Position numbers and translations under genes: made by a program. The notes beneath the pieces were generated by a model that worked only from the letters and a program-made list of their open reading frames with translations, had not been told where the DNA came from and made no database searches. From contig JASVEC010000001.1 in the NCBI GenBank assembly GCA_030770535.1, forward strand, positions 248,001-312,000: a DNA stretch of 64,000 nt. Reading direction: 5' to 3'. Shown in pieces: positions 1 through 12,129 of the stretch. Source of the stretch: Batkoa obscura. Taxonomy: Eukaryota. Within the stretch, counting starts at the first letter, position 1, and every line of letters begins with the position of its first letter.

Positions 1-818
1 TATTTTTAATAAATTTTACAAAAGGGTAAATATTACGAGAATAGTCACTTTCTTTATAATTTTAATTAGCTTATGAGTTTTGCAAATTTAAGCCTATCTT
101 GATAAATTTGTTTTGATTTTGATAAGGTCTTTAAGTGGTTCATAGTTCAATAAACTGAAAAAAGTATGCATGATAATAAATAATTATGTATATAGCAAAA
201 AATTCTCTTAAATAATACTAAAATATTATAAATAAAACTTGAAAGTATATTTTTATACAAAAATTGCTCCTAAATCTTTACTTTTTTTTTGAAAATCAGA
301 ATATTCTTTAAGTCAAAAACAAGCCCTTGTGGCGTTTTATTTAAAAGTAGAACTCTTTTTCATAAATAAGTTGAGATTCTGTTCAATAACAATAATTTCA
401 ATAATTTATATTATTTTTGATAATGTTGAGATGTAGAATGTTTTACATCACAGTTAAAGCTATATGATAACTTATAATTGTTTGTTTATGATTGTTATAA
501 TTAAAGTGATTTTTACTATGCATAATATTCCGTTACTTAGCCTGGTAGTTTAACTGGCAAAGTGAAGTGTTATGAATGGTTGATAATGAGATAAAAATAA
601 GACTATAAATAAGATTTTCATGAATTATTCTATAACTTTATTTTATTATCAAAACAAACGGTTTAAGCTTAAAATTGATCTAATTATACATTTCTAATAG
701 AAATTAATATTTTTAAAATTTATTGTTTCTAAATGTTATACATAATTGAAATGAATTACATGTATCAATAGAAAAAAATAAAAGAGGAAGTGAAAAATAA
801 AAGTACATTTCAAGAATA

Positions 819-1664
819 TTAAACAGGTAATGAGGTGGTAAAAGAGGTTGTTAAAGCGGGAGTTTGAGGTAAATAATCATAATGATGCTGATTTAAATTC
901 ATTTTTTTTTCAAATTCAATTAACTGAGTAATTAAAGATAAATTCGGTGATATTATATTGCTCCTTGATTTGACATATTGATAAGATTGATCAAATTTAA
1001 ACTTTAATGTCTTCATAATATAAGCTATCACTAAACTTGCTGATCTTGAAACACCACATTGGCAATGAATTAAAATACCTACATTCAATGATTTGGCCAG
1101 CTCAATAAAGTTAAAAGCGGAATCCAAACAATCAATTAAGTTATTAGGGTTATGATCCCAAAACAATTTTTTTGAATAAATAGTATGAGAATGGTTTGTA
1201 CTATCCTTGTTTTGTACTATAAAGGTACTCTTTTTTAAATATAAACTGCGTTGATCATTAGATACAAATTGATAGCTTGATTCACTCTTTTCTAATAATT
1301 CGTTCTCTACTTCTCTAGCTACATTTAATACGAACCCAATGTTGTATTTACTTAAGATTTCCGCATTACTAGCATTAGTTTCATCCCCTAAATAAAAGTT
1401 GGGCAACATTTCAATTGGTCCATTTTCATAAACGTTCTTTTGAGGCTTCAGCCAATTAGTATTGATACTGTTAGTATTGCTAGTACTATTACCAAATTCC
1501 ATACCAGTTGTATTTGTACTTAACATGGATTTAATTGTATTTGACTTTAGTACCAAATTCTTTATGTTTTTTTTACTAGTCTTAGCTTTGTTCTCTTTAT
1601 TGAATCGAGTTTTAATCGCTTCATTATTGAAAGTGGTAGCCATTCCTTTATTTAATACTAACAT
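819..1664 (-). CDS. Dual-specificity protein phosphatase (MAPK phosphatase Msg5/Pmp1-like)
   Basis: 281-aa ORF with the catalytic HCQCGVSRS (HCx5R) loop, GP-x-E-x-LPNFYLG start of the DSP domain, AYIM and ISPN motifs. Confidence 0.92.
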   Translation of the reverse strand: MLVLNKGMATTFNNEAIKTRFNKENKAKTSKKNIKNLVLKSNTIKSMLSTNTTGMEFGNSTSNTNSINTNWLKPQKNVYENGPIEMLPNFYLGDETNASNAEILSKYNIGFVLNVAREVENELLEKSESSYQFVSNDQRSLYLKKSTFIVQNKDSTNHSHTIYSKKLFWDHNPNNLIDCLDSAFNFIELAKSLNVGILIHCQCGVSRSASLVIAYIMKTLKFKFDQSYQYVKSRSNIISPNLSLITQLIEFEKKMNLNQHHYDYLPQTPALTTSFTTSLPV

Positions 1665-2976
1665 TGTAAATTTTAATTGAATGAGTAAGTTAAATGATAC
1701 AGATCAACTGTAGGACAAAAATTGGCTGAGATAAATAGAAAAAAGTCTAAAATCTTAAAAGGGGATAGTATTATTACTATTAAAATAATAATAAAGGAGA
1801 GGTCGAAGAATTTAAGAAAGAAACTAAAAAAGTCCATTTTTTTTGGTTTATTTGGTTGCCTATTTATACCCCCTCCCTTTTTATTTAATTAACTTTTTAA
1901 CGTTAATTAATTGCTTTGATTTGATTGATTGAAATTCAACACCTTGATTTAATTGGCAAATATTTGTTATCAAATGATTCCATACCAACATTTTTTTAAT
2001 AAGATCAAATGTTTAAATCATCTAAGCATTAATTAAAACCTAAACCATGATTTGTTAAATAGGGTTATTATTACCTATTAGAAAAATTGCATTTATTATT
2101 CAAGAATTTAATTAATTAGTTTACTTCAAATTTTTGCTATTTTACCCAACTACTTTCATTGGCAAATGGCTTTAATTTTGGCAAATCAATATTGCTATAT
2201 CTTCATCCCTTTTGTTTGGCCGAACCAGTTTATGGTGCCAATTTCCAACTAAGCAGCAAATTTCTTTACTTAGAAATCGCTATCTTGATTCAAACAACTT
2301 AACCCTTTGCTTACAATTTTTGTCATTAATTCCCATGTTTAATTTATAACTTAATAATAGTGTAACTAAACATCAAGAAAAGCTGTATAATTGTATCCCC
2401 ATTCATCTCTTTTCTCAGCTGCATTATTTTTAAAAATTCGTACTTAATAATTTAAGTAGTTATTTTGATAATATTTCCCTTTGTCATTTATTAATTTTTG
2501 TTCTTATTTTTATTTTATTAAACAACCCCAGATAATTTGAATCTTGATTGAAAATAACTATTAGATTATCAATTTCATTTTTGAGTATTTACATCAATAT
2601 TGTATCTATTATTTATTAAATTGCGTTGCTTTCTTATCTATTAGCTTACTAAATGGATTTAACTCCGTTTTTAATATATTAAATATTAAATGTCCCCATG
2701 GTCTATAAGTTTCTATATTTTTAAATGTTTTACTATAACTGAAAAGGAATTTTTAACTCAAAGTCCCCGTACATATAATATCCTTAGTTTGAATTTTTCT
2801 AATGGAAACGTTCCTAATAGTTTAGTTCAAAATTTGAAATAGCTTGCTTGAATAGAATTATTACACTCTTTTTAGATACCCTCATCAAAATATGTAGCAG
2901 AAATATTTAAAATTGCTATATTTTTTATGAACTAAAAATTCTAATATTTGAAATATTTTATTTAAGTAAAAAAGCC

Positions 2977-3852
2977 CTAAAACATCTTTAAATCAATAAA
3001 GCGATGATGAATTCCGAGGTTTGAAATAGTATTCAAATCTTCTTTGGAAAGCTCAATATCATCAAAGTTATTTTTAATGCGGCCTTCGTTGGTAGACCTT
3101 GGAATTACAGTAGTACTACGTTGCTGGCCCCAAGCTAAAATAACTTGAGCTGGGGTTTTTCCTAATCGATTTGCGATCTCATTAAGCACTTTATCCTCAC
3201 GAACTTTTGGCTTACCCTCTGATCCAAGTGGCGAATAAGCAGTTACGTGAATATTTTCACTCTTACAGAATTCAAGTAATTCATGTTGAGGAAGATAAGG
3301 ATGAAGTTCAACTTGAAGGACAGCAGGTCTAATCTTAGCTTTTGATAAAAGTTCTTTAATACCTTCAATATCAAAATTTGAAATTCCGATATTCTTGACT
3401 TTTCCACTTTCTACCAACTTTTCAAGCTCTCTCCATGTATCATGAATAGTGTATCCCTCCTCAATCTTGAGGGTGCCATCTGGATTTTTGGGTAAAAAAC
3501 CTTCACCATCTGGTTGGGGATAAGGCCAGTGAATAAGATAAAGATCTAAATAATCAAGTTGGAGGTCAGCTAAACTTTCATTAAAGGATTTTGCAACACG
3601 GTCAGGGTGATGAAAGGGATTCCAAAGCTTTGAAGTAATAAAAATTTCTTCTCTAGGAACATTTGTTTCCTTGATAGCTTGACCTACTTCTTTTTCATTT
3701 CCATAGGCCTTGGCTGTATCAATATGGCGATACCCTAAATTCAAAGCAATTTTGACTGCTTTTGCTGCATCCTCTGCTGGTCTATATGTTCCCAAGCCAA
3801 ATAATGGCATTTTAGCTCCAGTATAGAGAGTAGTGCTACGATTTAATGACAT
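2977..3852 (-). CDS. Aldo-keto reductase
   Basis: 291 aa; GLGT, GYRHIDTAKAY (D,Y), ITSKLW (K), LYLIHWP (H), IGISNF, AYSPLG and IP(R)S motifs. Confidence 0.96.
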   Translation of the reverse strand: MSLNRSTTLYTGAKMPLFGLGTYRPAEDAAKAVKIALNLGYRHIDTAKAYGNEKEVGQAIKETNVPREEIFITSKLWNPFHHPDRVAKSFNESLADLQLDYLDLYLIHWPYPQPDGEGFLPKNPDGTLKIEEGYTIHDTWRELEKLVESGKVKNIGISNFDIEGIKELLSKAKIRPAVLQVELHPYLPQHELLEFCKSENIHVTAYSPLGSEGKPKVREDKVLNEIANRLGKTPAQVILAWGQQRSTTVIPRSTNEGRIKNNFDDIELSKEDLNTISNLGIHHRFIDLKMF

Positions 3853-4109
3853 TTTACAAAACAGTAATGTTGCAATATATTATGAGTTTGTTGATAATTT
3901 GAGTTATAAAAGTTAGATCTTTAATGTTTAATTTTTTTATTTTCTTTAAATTCAAGAGCAGCTTATTTATAGTTGAATTCAAATTACATCACTGAAATAA
4001 ACTAGCTTGAAGCTAAACTCTATGTATTATATGTTGAATTACAAAAATTTAAAAAATAACACGTAATCCTAGTATTTTTATGCTTGATCTAATACGTAGT
4101 TTGATATAT

Positions 4110-4204
4110 CGGGATGTATTTTTGTGTTTAAGAATTTTACTAACAGTTTTTCCGCTCAAATAGCGCTTAAGATGGAAAAAATGATGAAGCCAAAAAACAC
4201 CCTC
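4110..4204 (+). mobile_element. ~97-bp MITE family A, copy 1
   Basis: (c)GGGATGT...ACACCCTC ends; ATAT on both sides (4106-4109, 4205-4208); core CTCAAATAGCGCTTAA shared with the other copies. Confidence 0.9.
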
Positions 4205-4730
4205 ATATAAAAGTTGCTATAATTAGCACTAATAACTGATTTGTTTTGCTAATATAATTACGTCATAATCTGATATCTATTTTATTAAACAGCTAAAATT
4301 TATCAAAGGTATAAAAGGTAGCATTTCATCTGCATTGTATCGTATTACTAATATTTTTTATTTTGCAAATTAAATACTTGAATTTAATTATCAGTTTTTA
4401 AAATTAGTCAATGCTACTTTAACAGAGTCCATAAGATTCAACATACTAATCGTGTCTAATGTACTGGCCTTAAAAATGAATCTTTTGTGAAAACACAATG
4501 TATGTAATTCTTTGCATTATATTTATTTTGAATTAATATATTTCGTTTTCTTTACTAGTAACCTTTACTTTAAATGGATGTATCAAAATATATTATGTTT
4601 TTTTCCTGCAACATGACAATCTGAGTAATCTGAACAATTTAAAAATTAAACTCTAATGAAAGAATATCTGAATGATTAGGATAAACCTTTTGTAAAGTTT
4701 TCCGGAAAAATAGTTAATTATTAATACATG

Positions 4731-4894
4731 CAGATGTTGCAACTCTATTGCAATCTAATTTGCAGTGATTTTTGGAGCTAACTATTTATTTACTTGGTTT
4801 CCTTAGAGGCTAATCTATGAAATAGGCAAGATTTTAGCGAACTTCTACTTTTAAATGAGCAGTTAAGCAGGTTGCAATATAATTGCAGCATTTC
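4731..4894. mobile_element. ~160-bp MITE family B, degenerate copy
   Basis: Ends TGTTGCAACTCTATTGCAA ... TTGCAATATAATTGCAGCA are inverted repeats; interior aligns by eye with 41917-42074. Confidence 0.65.
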
Positions 4895-5441
4895 TAATAG
4901 GCGTAAAATTCTGCTCAGAATAAATTCGTTCAATTTGTCCATTTTAATTTTGCCCAAATTAAGCTTGTTGTATAGGTTATTAATTTACAAAACTATAATT
5001 TAATGGTTCATTTAAAAAATTCGTGAGACTTATTAATTAATAAAATACCTCGTTTTGCTTATTTTTAATTTCTTTACTTTTCTTACTTTGAAATACTATT
5101 TATAAAGCTATATTAGTTAACTACAAGCAAATATTATATGACTATATTTTGAAACTTTAAATGATATTTGAAAAACTAGTATCGCCCAAAACGTGAGCAA
5201 ATATTTTTATAGACAAAGTTTATATTTTATTGTATTGATATTAATACCAAAAACTTAAACCATTGATGTTTAAATATAAATTAAAATAAGTGCTTGTTAG
5301 GGTTAATTATCTTAATTATAGATTTACATTTAATTAAAATACCACTATCTAATGATTTAATTAGATTAATAAAACTAACAGCGAAGTAAACAATATATTA
5401 TGGCACTAGTATTATATTTCAATTTCTTTTAAATAATAGTA

Positions 5442-5538
5442 GGGGATGTTTTTTGGTTTCATCACTTTTTCCATTTTTTAAGCGCTATTTGAGTGGAAAA
5501 TTTGTTAGTAAAATTATTAAACACAAAAATACATCCCC
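5442..5538 (-). mobile_element. MITE family A, copy 2
   Basis: GGGGATGT...ACATCCCC perfect ends, flanked by AGTA/AGTA (5438-5441, 5539-5542). Confidence 0.93.
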
Positions 5539-5943
5539 AGTAGCAATTCTTATTTCGACTACTTTGAACTAAAATAACCGCCTTTATAGTATTAATGTGT
5601 TAGTCTTTAAAGACGAGTTAATAGTTTGATTCATCTTCTTTGACAATTCATTTTCAGTTTTTTTCAGTTTATATAAACATAATGTTGTACCTAATTAAAA
5701 TATATACATCGCTTATATATGTTATTATTTAAATGATGAGATAATCAATATCTAATTAGATTTTCTTTAGGAATACTTTTTCATAGCCTTAATGTGTTGC
5801 TATTATTACTATTATCATGAAAAAATATAGTATTTTATAGCCAGAGAAAGCTGAAATATGTCCTATAAGAGCTTAAAGTATAACAAGGATTTTTTAAATT
5901 AGTTAGTAATTATTATCTTTTTTTGGGTATTTTATAACAATAT

Positions 5944-6040
5944 GAGGATGTATTTTTTTGTTTAATAATTTTACTAACAATCTTTCCACTCAAATAGCGC
6001 TTAAAAAATGGAAAAAATAATGAAACCAAAAAACACCCTC
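5944..6040 (+). mobile_element. MITE family A, copy 3
   Basis: GAGGATGT...ACACCCTC, flanked by ATAT/ATAT. Confidence 0.93.
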
Positions 6041-6315
6041 ATATGTTCCCTATCAGATGATTGAGATCAAATTGAGATTAAATTAAAATTAAATTAAGAT
6101 TAAATTTTTTGTAGTGCCACTAGAACGAAAAAATCGGTTTTAGTTATTTTTATGGTGTATATGGTTTTATAAAGGAAGCCTCTATTATGCAAAATATAAT
6201 AAAACTGAGATACAGCAACCTCGCTACTAATTGGCTGTACATTACTGACTTTTAATCCCAATTTCCACTCTCCTAAGGAATTTATATAACATTAGTGTTT
6301 TTGTAGCCTCTTTTG

Positions 6316-6372
6316 TAACGTTTTGCGTTCAAATTATTAATACAAACTCACCAATTTGAACGCAAAATGTTA
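6316..6372. repeat. 20-bp inverted repeat (hairpin) with 17-nt loop
   Basis: TAACGTTTTGCGTTCAAATT (6316-6335) and AATTTGAACGCAAAATGTTA (6353-6372), one mismatch. Confidence 0.85.
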
Positions 6373-8296
6373 TATCAACAAATATGACAATTTTTCCCAT
6401 TAACTATAAGTTATAACTGAAAAGAAATAGCACCCAAATTAATCCCATTATATATATCAATCACTAAGGAAGATATCCGCAGAACCTCAAAAATAAAGTT
6501 AAAATATGGCATTTGTTCTATGAAAGTTACAAAAAAATAAATATATGAGTTTAAGAATATATGCCACTGTTTATTGAAAAATATTCTGCCTAGGCCCAAG
6601 CTAATATTTTGTTATAGCTAGAGTTAGGGAGTTTGAACTGTTTAATGTTAATTGAGACACTATTGTTAATATTATTAAAAAATCATAAGCTTTTATTTAA
6701 GTTTATAAGTTATATTCTCAGAGTCATTTATTTATGCTTATTGAGGCTCGATACATATTCTAAATTAATCATACTAGGAATCAGGGAATTTTGTTTATTT
6801 TATTACAGTAATTGTTTATTTGTTTTTAACACTTTATTGGGTTGTATAGACGATACTTTAAAAGAAGGATTTAAGCTAAGTGTATTGAGTTTACTACTGC
6901 TTGATAATGAGTACAATTTTTTATTAAGATGGTCAATATTAAATTCATCTATGAAACTTCTCAAATTTGCCATATTCTAACACCATAGAGAATACTAAGA
7001 GCTACCTTTACAAAAATATTTTACTGTATAACTCATGTTACTATAGCTTTTAATTATGTGATTTACTATTAAGCCACTTGGAAGCTAGTTCTCTTTCAGG
7101 AATTTCAAAACTGTCATTACCATACTCTAACATCCCGGATTTAACATACCACATTTATTTTCCATTTGGTCTTTTTATTGTAACTTTAGAACTAGAAATG
7201 TATTTTTTTGACCTATTTGCGTTCTATGATACCATAAATTATATTTTTTAGATTAGAAATAAAAATAAGGTTTATATCATTATTTTTATATAAGCATATA
7301 TTATTTCAAAATTAGAGCTTTGTTTTATTGTCTATAGTAAATATAAATATGCGTTCTTAACAGCTTATTAATTCCTTTAGCATAGGTATTATTTGATTAG
7401 GTATTCCAACACGCTATAGTTCAAAGGGTAGCAGGCTTAGTAATAGTTCAAACTTTAAATATTTCCCATTTAACATAATGTTTTATTTAATAGCTATCAC
7501 CATAAGCGTTTCTGTTTTTGAAAATGTACCAAAATGATATCATTCTATTTTATAAAGCTTAATAGTTAATACAGTTCATATAAAAAATGTTAGTTTGAAA
7601 ACTAACTATACCAACATAATTAGAGCTAATATATCCTATACCTGGAAAGCAATATTTTTTATTAAAGACTTATATTTCAAGCATTATAAATACAAAAAAG
7701 AGAAAGTAAAATTATTTTGAAATAAGACTTTATAAATGAAATCCTATAGTCCTTGTTTTTTTAATAAACTATTATATAAAAATAAAGGTAAAATACCTAA
7801 TGAGTTAAAAAATATATAAAAGCCATCAAGTTATAGTAAAGTGATAATTAAATAATTAAGAATGTGGTTTCTATAAAAGGTAATTTTAAAAAAATTTCGA
7901 TAAAATTAATTTTTTTTACCAAATTCGTTTATTTATTTATCTTTAATAAATCTTTAATACTTATTAGTTCTATTATCCCTACTATAGTATTATTAATTAA
8001 TAATTAATTTATTCAAAATTATTCTACATACACCTACTTATTTTAAAAAGTATTATTTAACTTAATCAAACGAATGTTTATTTTTTAAATTCAAATAATA
8101 GATGGCACTTTTTAAGTATTAACTAAAGTACCGCCCCATCCCATTTAGAATTTTTAAAGCTTATTCTAAATAAAAAAAACAAAAAGAATCATTTTAATAG
8201 AGAAATAGCCTTTTTTCAATAGCTCAATTAATCACAAGTCAGAATGTGCAGCTTTATTATATAACTGCATAAATGATACTGGAATTGTCTCGATAT

Positions 8297-8394
8297 GGGG
8301 ATGTATTTTCTTGTTCAATAATTTTACTAGCAATCTTTCCGCTCAAATAGCGCTTGAAAAATGAAAAAGTGACGAAACCGAAAAAAACACTTCC
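8297..8394 (+). mobile_element. MITE family A, copy 4
   Basis: GGGGATGT...ACACTTCC, flanked by ATAT/ATAT. Confidence 0.9.
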
Positions 8395-9065
8395 ATATGT
8401 TAAACAAATATATTATAGACTCATAGATAATAACGTAAAGTAAAGGCTGATTTATTCTTTTGGGATTAAAGTAAAAAATTGTGATTAGGAATGATATTAA
8501 TTTGCATTAGAAAATTATTAAAAAATGGTAATTTCTTATGGTTGAGAGTGGAATATTTGATGATAGGCACTTGTTCTCTTATGATCGTAAATAACGGGTT
8601 TACCTCCATTTCTTTACAAAAAAAAGCTAAAAAGGATTCAAAAGATACATTGTATAGCAAGTCAAATGCTTTTCAACTATCTTTTATACCACTAAAATAA
8701 GTTATAGTGGTACCAAGAAAATTGTCTTCGTATTAGAAATAACAAACTAGAACAAAGTAACACAAAGTAAAACATTATTGGGGAAAAATAAATGAATGAA
8801 TTACTAAGGGATAAGAGTATAGGCTGAAAGGAGGGGAAGGATCGAAAATGATTGGCTGGGAGAAATTTTGGGTTAATCAACTATTAACTTTTTGAGAACA
8901 AAGTAAACTTGAAAATAATTCCTGAAGTCTGTAAATAGTAATTCCAAGAAGGTGGTATATAAAGGCGCTCAATCAGCGTATCCTCCATTGATTTATTTTT
9001 TTATTAAAACTATAATACCTAATCTTTAAAAAGTATATCATACCGATATAATTAATATATACAAC

Positions 9066-10274
9066 ATGATTAACAATAAATTAATATTTTCAATTTTTTT
9101 TGCTTCTATAATTAATGCTCAAAAATGTCTTCGCGGTAATGCACAAGGTACTGAAGTAAGCGTAGAAGTAGCCCCACCTTGCTGGCTTGATCAGCCAGCT
9201 GGGCTACCACTTTGTTTTGAATTAGTAAACGGTGCCTGTCCATCTTGGCCCGGAATTTACAACATCAAGGATAAAAAGCCCAAAAGAAAATGCAAAGGTA
9301 AAGGCCAAGTCCAAGGTCAAGGTCAAAGTCAAGGCCAAGTTAAAACTCCAGCCCCAGTTGAACTCCCTATTCCAGTTGAAAACCATGATTCGACTCCAGA
9401 GACGAATTTGCCTCAACAAGAAAATAAAAAGGAACCAAAATATCGAACCCTTGAGCCAATTTTACCTCCAAAGCAGAAGGAAGACCAACCAAAATATCAA
9501 CAACCTGAACCAATTGCCGGGCAGTGTAATTTACCAAACGATGAAAACATTGTTCCTATTACCCCCAAGGCAATGAATCGTGGTTGGGCAATGAGTCCTG
9601 ACCAAGGATGTAGAGTTGGAGGATGGTGCCCATACGCATGTAAAGCTGGTTATTACTCAGCACAATATGATGAAAGCGCAAGGGTTCAAGGGCCGCAAGC
9701 CGGATCAATGAATGGAGGATTAAAATGTGAACAAGGTGGTAAACTAACCAAACCATTTGCCGACCGTCCATATTGTTTACCTGGTATGATGAACGTTCAT
9801 ATCGATAACAGATTAGATGGTCAAGTCTCTTTGTGTCAAACAACTTACCCTGGAAATGAAGCAATGCTAATCCCCACTGTTGCTAAACCTGGAAGCCTTC
9901 AAGTTATCAATACCCCTCCCCAAACCTACTGGCAAAGTACCTCTGCACATTATTATGTTAATCCAGTAAATTCATCCCAAGATGAATGTATATGGGGAGA
10001 AAAAGCAAAACCCATTGGTAATTGGGCTCCATTTATCGTTGGTTCAAACGAAGGCTTCGAAGGCAACACATTTGTTATGATTACCGTTAATCCCGAATTC
10101 ATTTCTGCTGGACTTCAATCTACGATTGGTGACTATTATAAAATGCGTATCGAGTGCGATGGTGATGCCTGTAACGGTGCTCCTTGCGAAATTGTCGTCA
10201 GTGACCCAGCTGGCAAGAATTGTGTCGTGACTGTACCTAAGAATGCTAAAGCTAGGGTTGTCTTCACCCATTAA
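9066..10274 (+). CDS. Secreted SUN-family (SIM1/UTH1/NCA3/SUN4-like) beta-glucanase-type cell-wall protein
   Basis: Signal peptide, small Cys-rich N-terminal module, Q/P/E/K linker, then GWAMSPDQxC, WCPYACKAGY, GGLxC, CQTxYPGNEAMLIPT, AHYYVNP, GNWAP motifs. Confidence 0.88.
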   Translation: MINNKLIFSIFFASIINAQKCLRGNAQGTEVSVEVAPPCWLDQPAGLPLCFELVNGACPSWPGIYNIKDKKPKRKCKGKGQVQGQGQSQGQVKTPAPVELPIPVENHDSTPETNLPQQENKKEPKYRTLEPILPPKQKEDQPKYQQPEPIAGQCNLPNDENIVPITPKAMNRGWAMSPDQGCRVGGWCPYACKAGYYSAQYDESARVQGPQAGSMNGGLKCEQGGKLTKPFADRPYCLPGMMNVHIDNRLDGQVSLCQTTYPGNEAMLIPTVAKPGSLQVINTPPQTYWQSTSAHYYVNPVNSSQDECIWGEKAKPIGNWAPFIVGSNEGFEGNTFVMITVNPEFISAGLQSTIGDYYKMRIECDGDACNGAPCEIVVSDPAGKNCVVTVPKNAKARVVFTH

Positions 10275-10594
10275 CTTTATTTTGAACTTGAAAAACTTAA
10301 TATTGTATAGCTTCTTTTATTTGAACACAGATTCCCCTTATTTTATTTATTCAATAAAATATCAAAAAAATTAATATTAATTTAGTCTATTAAAGGATTT
10401 TAAATTTGTAATAACATTCTTTATTTAATGATTATAAATATACTAGTATGAAGAGTTTTAATTTTTACAATAGATATCACTAAACCGTCTTCATGTGGTA
10501 TGTCAATTTTGAAAAGATAATGCAGCTTCATTAAAATATGGTTTAGTTTCCAACATACTCCAAATTAATCCTTATTTACTAAGAACATTACTTA

Positions 10595-10755
10595 CTGTTG
10601 TTCCGCTCTTTTACAACTTTTAGCGGTAATTTTTATAGCCAAATTATTTGCATAGCCCATTTTTTATAGCTGGTTCATATATTTTAGCCGAATTTAAGCA
10701 TAATTGTTTTCCTAAAACAGTATTTATTTAGGTCACAAAAGAGTTGCAACAGCTT
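10595..10755. mobile_element. MITE family B-related, more degenerate copy
   Basis: Right end AAGAGTTGCAACAGCT matches the family B terminus; left end CTGTTG..GCTCTTTTACAAC is an imperfect inverse. Confidence 0.4.
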
Positions 10756-12090
10756 TAAATTCTATATTGGAATTAGTTGAAAATATAGAACTAATATAGA
10801 TTATAATTTTAAAAAAATTCTATCATAAAAAACGCGGTTAATAAAAATAAAAAATTCTAATATAAATAAGTAATGATAGATATAATTTTATAAATGTATA
10901 AAAATGAACTAGTTGTGATTTGTTTGTCATTGAATAGATCCGAGCAATTTAAAGTTCGATAGCTACATTACTTCATTACAATACTAACAGTAAAAATAGT
11001 AAAACAAATGCGTTAATAAGAAAATATAAGAGATGAAATTTAAACAAGCTTTAATGATAGATTATTTATATAGAAACTCTAAATTCTTTGCTTCTAAAGA
11101 TTGCCCTCAATTTTAAACATTTGGGTATGTTTTTTAATCACAAATTTATATAGGCATTATTTTAAATTAATCTTAAAAAATGAACAAATAATTTAATGAA
11201 AAAACATCCATTTATTTCATTTTATAAATAGAAACTGAATTACTTTAACTTTATTACAGAAACAGTGTTTTAGCACTTTCTAGTTTTATCATATTTTATT
11301 GTGTTACATTTAATTATAAGTAGTCCATCCTTTAAAACAATAGATTATGATTTTAATAGTTTAATTCTATAAATTTAAATAAAAAACAATTAATTGAAAA
11401 AAATCATATTTTATAAACTTTGATTTATACAAACTATCTATAACACAATTTATCTTATTTCATTTGATAGTTACATAAAGTTAGCTATTGTTAATAAATA
11501 TACACTTATAATTAATAGCGATTTGTAATAAAAGTATATTTATCGTAAACAAATTCAAACTTGAATCAAAAACACTTTTATTTAGAGTTTATTAACACAA
11601 TTATTACTACTTTTTCATAATTTTTATTGATATAAAACTAATTGATAAGTTTCATTAATTTAATAATAGCTTTTGAAACCGCATAGTTTTAAACTTATTT
11701 TTATTCTTAATCGTAGATTTAAATTTCTTTTTTTTGATATTTTAATTTTAATTTATAAATTAAATAAAAGTAAATTACAATATGACATATAATTTTGAGA
11801 CATATTCCTTATTGAGATAAAAGTATAATTAAATTGTAGCTTTTTTTTATATTTCTTAGATCATTTTTAAGCCCCTACTAAGTTTTGAAGTATAGTTATT
11901 TTATAAAGTGACATCATCCTTCTTTCATCAAATTTTTAGCCACCTACTAAACCAACAACAATTAGCTAACATCATCAAATAAATCGATCTCATTTACTAA
12001 GAGGATGTTAAGCATTAAAATAAAACTGAAACTAGATTAAGTATAATATGATTATTTATGACGAAATAAAAAACGTTCATTCATAAAAAG

Positions 12091-12098
12091 TATAAATA
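12091..12098 (+). promoter_or_regulatory. Candidate TATA box
   Basis: TATAAATA about 30 nt before the ATG at 12130; the same word lies upstream of the genes at 819-1664 (1861-1868, -), 2977-3852 (3964-3971, -) and 59377 (59283-59290). Confidence 0.4.
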
Positions 12099-12129
12099 GG
12101 TTGCTATTTGAGTTTTTAAAATACATAAA

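Noticed and set aside
6411..8880. Short hydrophobic ORFs
   Set aside because: F/L/I/N/K-rich translations expected from AT-rich non-coding DNA; several lack an ATG start.
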